Part shown: in pieces, positions 61,920 to 64,000 of the stretch | Layout of the letters: each line of letters opens with the position of its first letter | Numbering within the stretch: position 1 is the stretch's first letter | From: an uncultured Gemmatimonadales bacterium | Lineage (GTDB): Bacteria > Gemmatimonadota > Gemmatimonadetes > Gemmatimonadales > GWC2-71-9 | Assembly: GCA_963795085.1 (NCBI GenBank) | Contig: CAWCFX010000003.1 | Span: forward strand, 259,411 to 323,410 | Length of the DNA: 64,000 bases | Direction of reading: 5' to 3' | Program-made: the position numbers and the translations under genes | The notes under the pieces: generated by a model | Database searches by the model: none | Seen by the model: the letters and a program-made list of their open reading frames with translations, nothing else | Told to the model about the DNA's origin: nothing

Positions 61920-62798
61920 TTAGCGCCCGGTCGGAAACGCAGCCTCAGCGAGGCGGGCGAGCTCGTCCGCGGTGAGTTCCACGCCGGGCGCGGTGGCCGA
62001 GTCCACGACGTGGTCCACTTTGCGGGCACTGGGGATCGGCACCACCGTCGGCCCCTGGGCCAGGACCCACGCCAGCACGATGGCATGGGGAGAGACCCGA
62101 TGGCGGCCGGCCAGGTCCGTCACGGCGGGAATGGCAGGAATCCGGAGATTGAGCCGGCCGCCGCCCGTTGGACTGTAAGCCAGGAAGACGATGCCTGCCT
62201 GGCCGCAGTGCTCGACCACCCCGCCGTGGAGCGACTCCCGGAAGAAGGGGCTCAGCCGGTTCTGCACGGTGGCGATGGGCGTGATTTTCCGCGCCTGCTC
62301 GATCTGCTCGACCGACACGTTGGAGAGCCCCAGCAGGCGGACCTTGCCACGCCGCACCAGCTCCGCCAGGGCCTCGATGCTCTCGGTAAATGGTACGTCG
62401 GGATCGGGCCGGTGCAGCTGGTAGAGGGCGATCCGCTCCACGCCCAGTGCCAGGAGCGAGCGGTCGCAGGCACGGAAGAGATGCTCGGGTCGGCCGTTGG
62501 TGGTCCACGCGGCGCCCTCGCGGTCCATGCCGCCCTTGGTGCCGACGACGATGGTCTCGCGGGGGCCCTTCCAGCTCTCCAGCGCGGCAGCCACCAGCCG
62601 CTCGTTGTGGCCGAGGTCCCGGTCGGAGAGGCAGTACACGTCCGCCGTATCAATGAACGTGACGCCCTGGTCCAGCGCGGCGTGGATGACCCGGATGCCG
62701 ACATCCTCCGGCGGGCGCCCCTCGATGGAGAGGTGCATCCCGCCGTACCCGATGGCCGAGATCGGCGGGCCATCGGGTCCCAGCCGGCGCTGTTCCAT
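61920..62798 (-). CDS. aldo/keto reductase
   Basis: 292-aa ORF. LGPDGPPISAIGYGGM, FIDTADVY, LYQLHRPD, LGLSNV, VQNRLSP. Confidence 0.85.
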   Translation of the reverse strand: MEQRRLGPDGPPISAIGYGGMHLSIEGRPPEDVGIRVIHAALDQGVTFIDTADVYCLSDRDLGHNERLVAAALESWKGPRETIVVGTKGGMDREGAAWTTNGRPEHLFRACDRSLLALGVERIALYQLHRPDPDVPFTESIEALAELVRRGKVRLLGLSNVSVEQIEQARKITPIATVQNRLSPFFRESLHGGVVEHCGQAGIVFLAYSPTGGGRLNLRIPAIPAVTDLAGRHRVSPHAIVLAWVLAQGPTVVPIPSARKVDHVVDSATAPGVELTADELARLAEAAFPTGR

Positions 62799-62805
62799 CA
62801 GGCGC

Positions 62806-63555
62806 TCACGGCGTCCGCACGGCCTTCTTCACGTACGCGAGCATTTCGTCCCGGACCTCGTAGTACAGGGCCATGCCGTGATCGGCGCCGGGCACCAGGC
62901 GGGCCGTCACGTGGGCCAAATCCGCGCTCCAGGTCCTGACGTTGTCGCCGCCCGAGAAAGGATCGTTCTCCGAGGATGCGAGCAGCACCGGAATGCTGAC
63001 CGCCTGGAGCGCCGCGCGAATCCGCTCCGAGGCGTCCCCGCCGAAAACCGGGGCCCCGGCGGCGCCCAGGGTGATGAGGCCCCGTAACCCGGGCACCCGG
63101 GGCGCGACGAGCAACGCGCCGCACCCGCCCACGCTGGAGCCGACCAGCAGCAGGCGGCTCGAATCGATGAAGTTCTGGGACGCGCCCCAGCACGCGACCC
63201 GGAGGATATCGTCGTCGATACGCTCAAAGGCGAGCTTGGAGGCGCTCTTCATGAACGCGGACCCGAAATCCTCGAGGCCAAACCCGTGGGGGGTATCGAT
63301 GACCACCGGGCCGGCGGGACCCATGATCGACGCGCCGTGACCGCGCTCATCGAAGGCCAGGCAGGCGAGGCCCAGGTCGAGCAGGTCCTCTACCAGGGGC
63401 CCGTAACTGTCCGCGGTCGCGGGATACTGGTGGGCCAGGACCGCCAGCGGGTACCGGGTGCCGGGCGACGCCTCCGGGTACTCGAGGACCCCTTTGAGCA
63501 CCAGTCCGTCGATGGTCACGACCGACATTTCCAGAGGACTGAGCGGCGGCAGCAT
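62806..63555 (-). CDS. alpha/beta hydrolase (dienelactone hydrolase / prolyl-oligopeptidase-fold)
   Basis: ORF 62806..63606. The start was moved to ATG 63555 to avoid a 37-nt overlap with the upstream small ORF. FDERGHG, nucleophile elbow LVGSSVGG, C-terminal GADHG. Confidence 0.7.
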   Translation of the reverse strand: MLPPLSPLEMSVVTIDGLVLKGVLEYPEASPGTRYPLAVLAHQYPATADSYGPLVEDLLDLGLACLAFDERGHGASIMGPAGPVVIDTPHGFGLEDFGSAFMKSASKLAFERIDDDILRVACWGASQNFIDSSRLLLVGSSVGGCGALLVAPRVPGLRGLITLGAAGAPVFGGDASERIRAALQAVSIPVLLASSENDPFSGGDNVRTWSADLAHVTARLVPGADHGMALYYEVRDEMLAYVKKAVRTP

Positions 63556-63569
63556 GACGGGCGCCCGGT

Positions 63570-63842
63570 TCAGCTCAGTCCCAGCTGCTTCTCCAGGCGA
63601 AACCACTCCTCCGGCCGAAGCCGGTTGCCGGCCCGGAGCGGATCCAGGGCGGCGCGGATCTCCTCGCGGGAGCCGCTGATCTTCCGGTCGCGCAGTTCGC
63701 CGACCATGCGGGCGAACCGCTGGTCGAACCCGGTGTGGTCCAGTTCGCCGCTCGCCCGCTTGGCGCTCAGCCGTTCGATTTCTTCGGCCAGCCGGGTCGG
63801 GGAAATCGGCGTAAGGGACTGGTCAGGCTGGTCGGCGCTCAT
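63570..63842 (-). CDS. hypothetical small helical protein (90 aa)
   Basis: ORF with charged, helical composition (LAEEIERLSAKRASGELDHTGFDQRFARMVGELRDRK). Co-directional with and adjacent to the hydrolase. No family recognised. Confidence 0.4.
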   Translation of the reverse strand: MSADQPDQSLTPISPTRLAEEIERLSAKRASGELDHTGFDQRFARMVGELRDRKISGSREEIRAALDPLRAGNRLRPEEWFRLEKQLGLS

Positions 63843-63879
63843 GCGAAGCTCCCGGTGATGTGGTGAGGGTCAGGTGGTT

Positions 63880-64000
63880 TCATGGTACGGGTGCCACGTG
63901 CTGAAAGTCGGCGGTCAGGCGGGTCGTCGGCGCCATCTGGAAGACCCGTTCGAAAATTTCCTGCCCGGTGGCCGCCGCGCCGGCGAGGTCGCGGGCGAAG
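63880..64000 (-). CDS. 3' end of an unidentified gene entering from beyond the window end
   Basis: Minus-strand frame reads ...FARDLAGAAATGQEIFERVFQMAPTTRLTADFQHVAPVP-stop (TGA, complement of 63880-63882). Too short to assign. Confidence 0.3.
   Translation of the reverse strand, partial: FARDLAGAAATGQEIFERVFQMAPTTRLTADFQHVAPVP

Overview
High-GC bacterial chromosomal segment (about two-thirds G+C by eye, not computed), densely packed with about 58 protein-coding genes. I saw no rRNA, tRNA, CRISPR array, transposase, integrase or prophage block. Gene content (bshB1-like deacetylase, mglBA, tandem MacB/FtsX-type permeases, many secreted peptidases) suggests a Gemmatimonadota- or Acidobacteriota-like soil bacterium, but that is only a guess.

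Main blocks:
- 1-7.6 kb: ABC-F ATPase, a Cys-less ArsC-fold protein, a translationally coupled VIT-vWA / ECF sigma / anti-sigma operon followed by an OM beta-barrel gene, an acyl-CoA ligase and a LEA2-like lipoprotein.
- 7.6-15.3 kb: comM, a frameshifted MOSC gene, a GNAT and a 1339-aa multi-TM histidine kinase joined by GTGA overlaps, and a head-to-head creatininase-family gene.
- 16-24.7 kb: TolC, adaptor, one ABC ATPase and four tandem MacB-type permease paralogs, the first of them frameshifted.
- 24.8-33.7 kb: bshB1-like, cysteine desulfurase, mnmA, S9 peptidase, small membrane proteins, ppk1.
- 33.9-42 kb (minus strand): dnaJ, grpE, cinA, pgsA, and a tight dnaX-ybaB-recR-orf-mglB-mglA string.
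- 42-50 kb: UbiB-like kinase, a secreted beta-lactamase-fold/VanX-like fusion, a giant M14 peptidase.
- 49.4-57.6 kb: yihY, ytxH, a long class II aldolase, pgi, an MBL hydrolase, pyk, an amidohydrolase.
- 58-64 kb: ydjM-like, bcp, tlpA-like, ispG, an aldo/keto reductase, an alpha/beta hydrolase.

The most unusual signals are non-genic:
- An AT-rich 346-bp island (57623-57968) carries five DnaA-box-like 9-mers. It is a candidate oriC or DnaA-titration site.
- A family of G-tract/C-tract short tandem arrays shares the octamer GGGGCAAG (24706-24806, 31471-31518, 49342-49444). There is also a GTGAGNN heptamer array (22112-22146).
- A CACGGAG/CTCCGTG inverted-repeat element lies between ppk and dnaJ.
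- A G/C-run palindrome lies in the dnaX/ubiB divergent region.

Two genes carry +1 frameshifts in G/C homopolymers. These may be real pseudogenes, phase variation or assembly error. All similarity statements come from reading the translations and recognising motifs; no database search was run.
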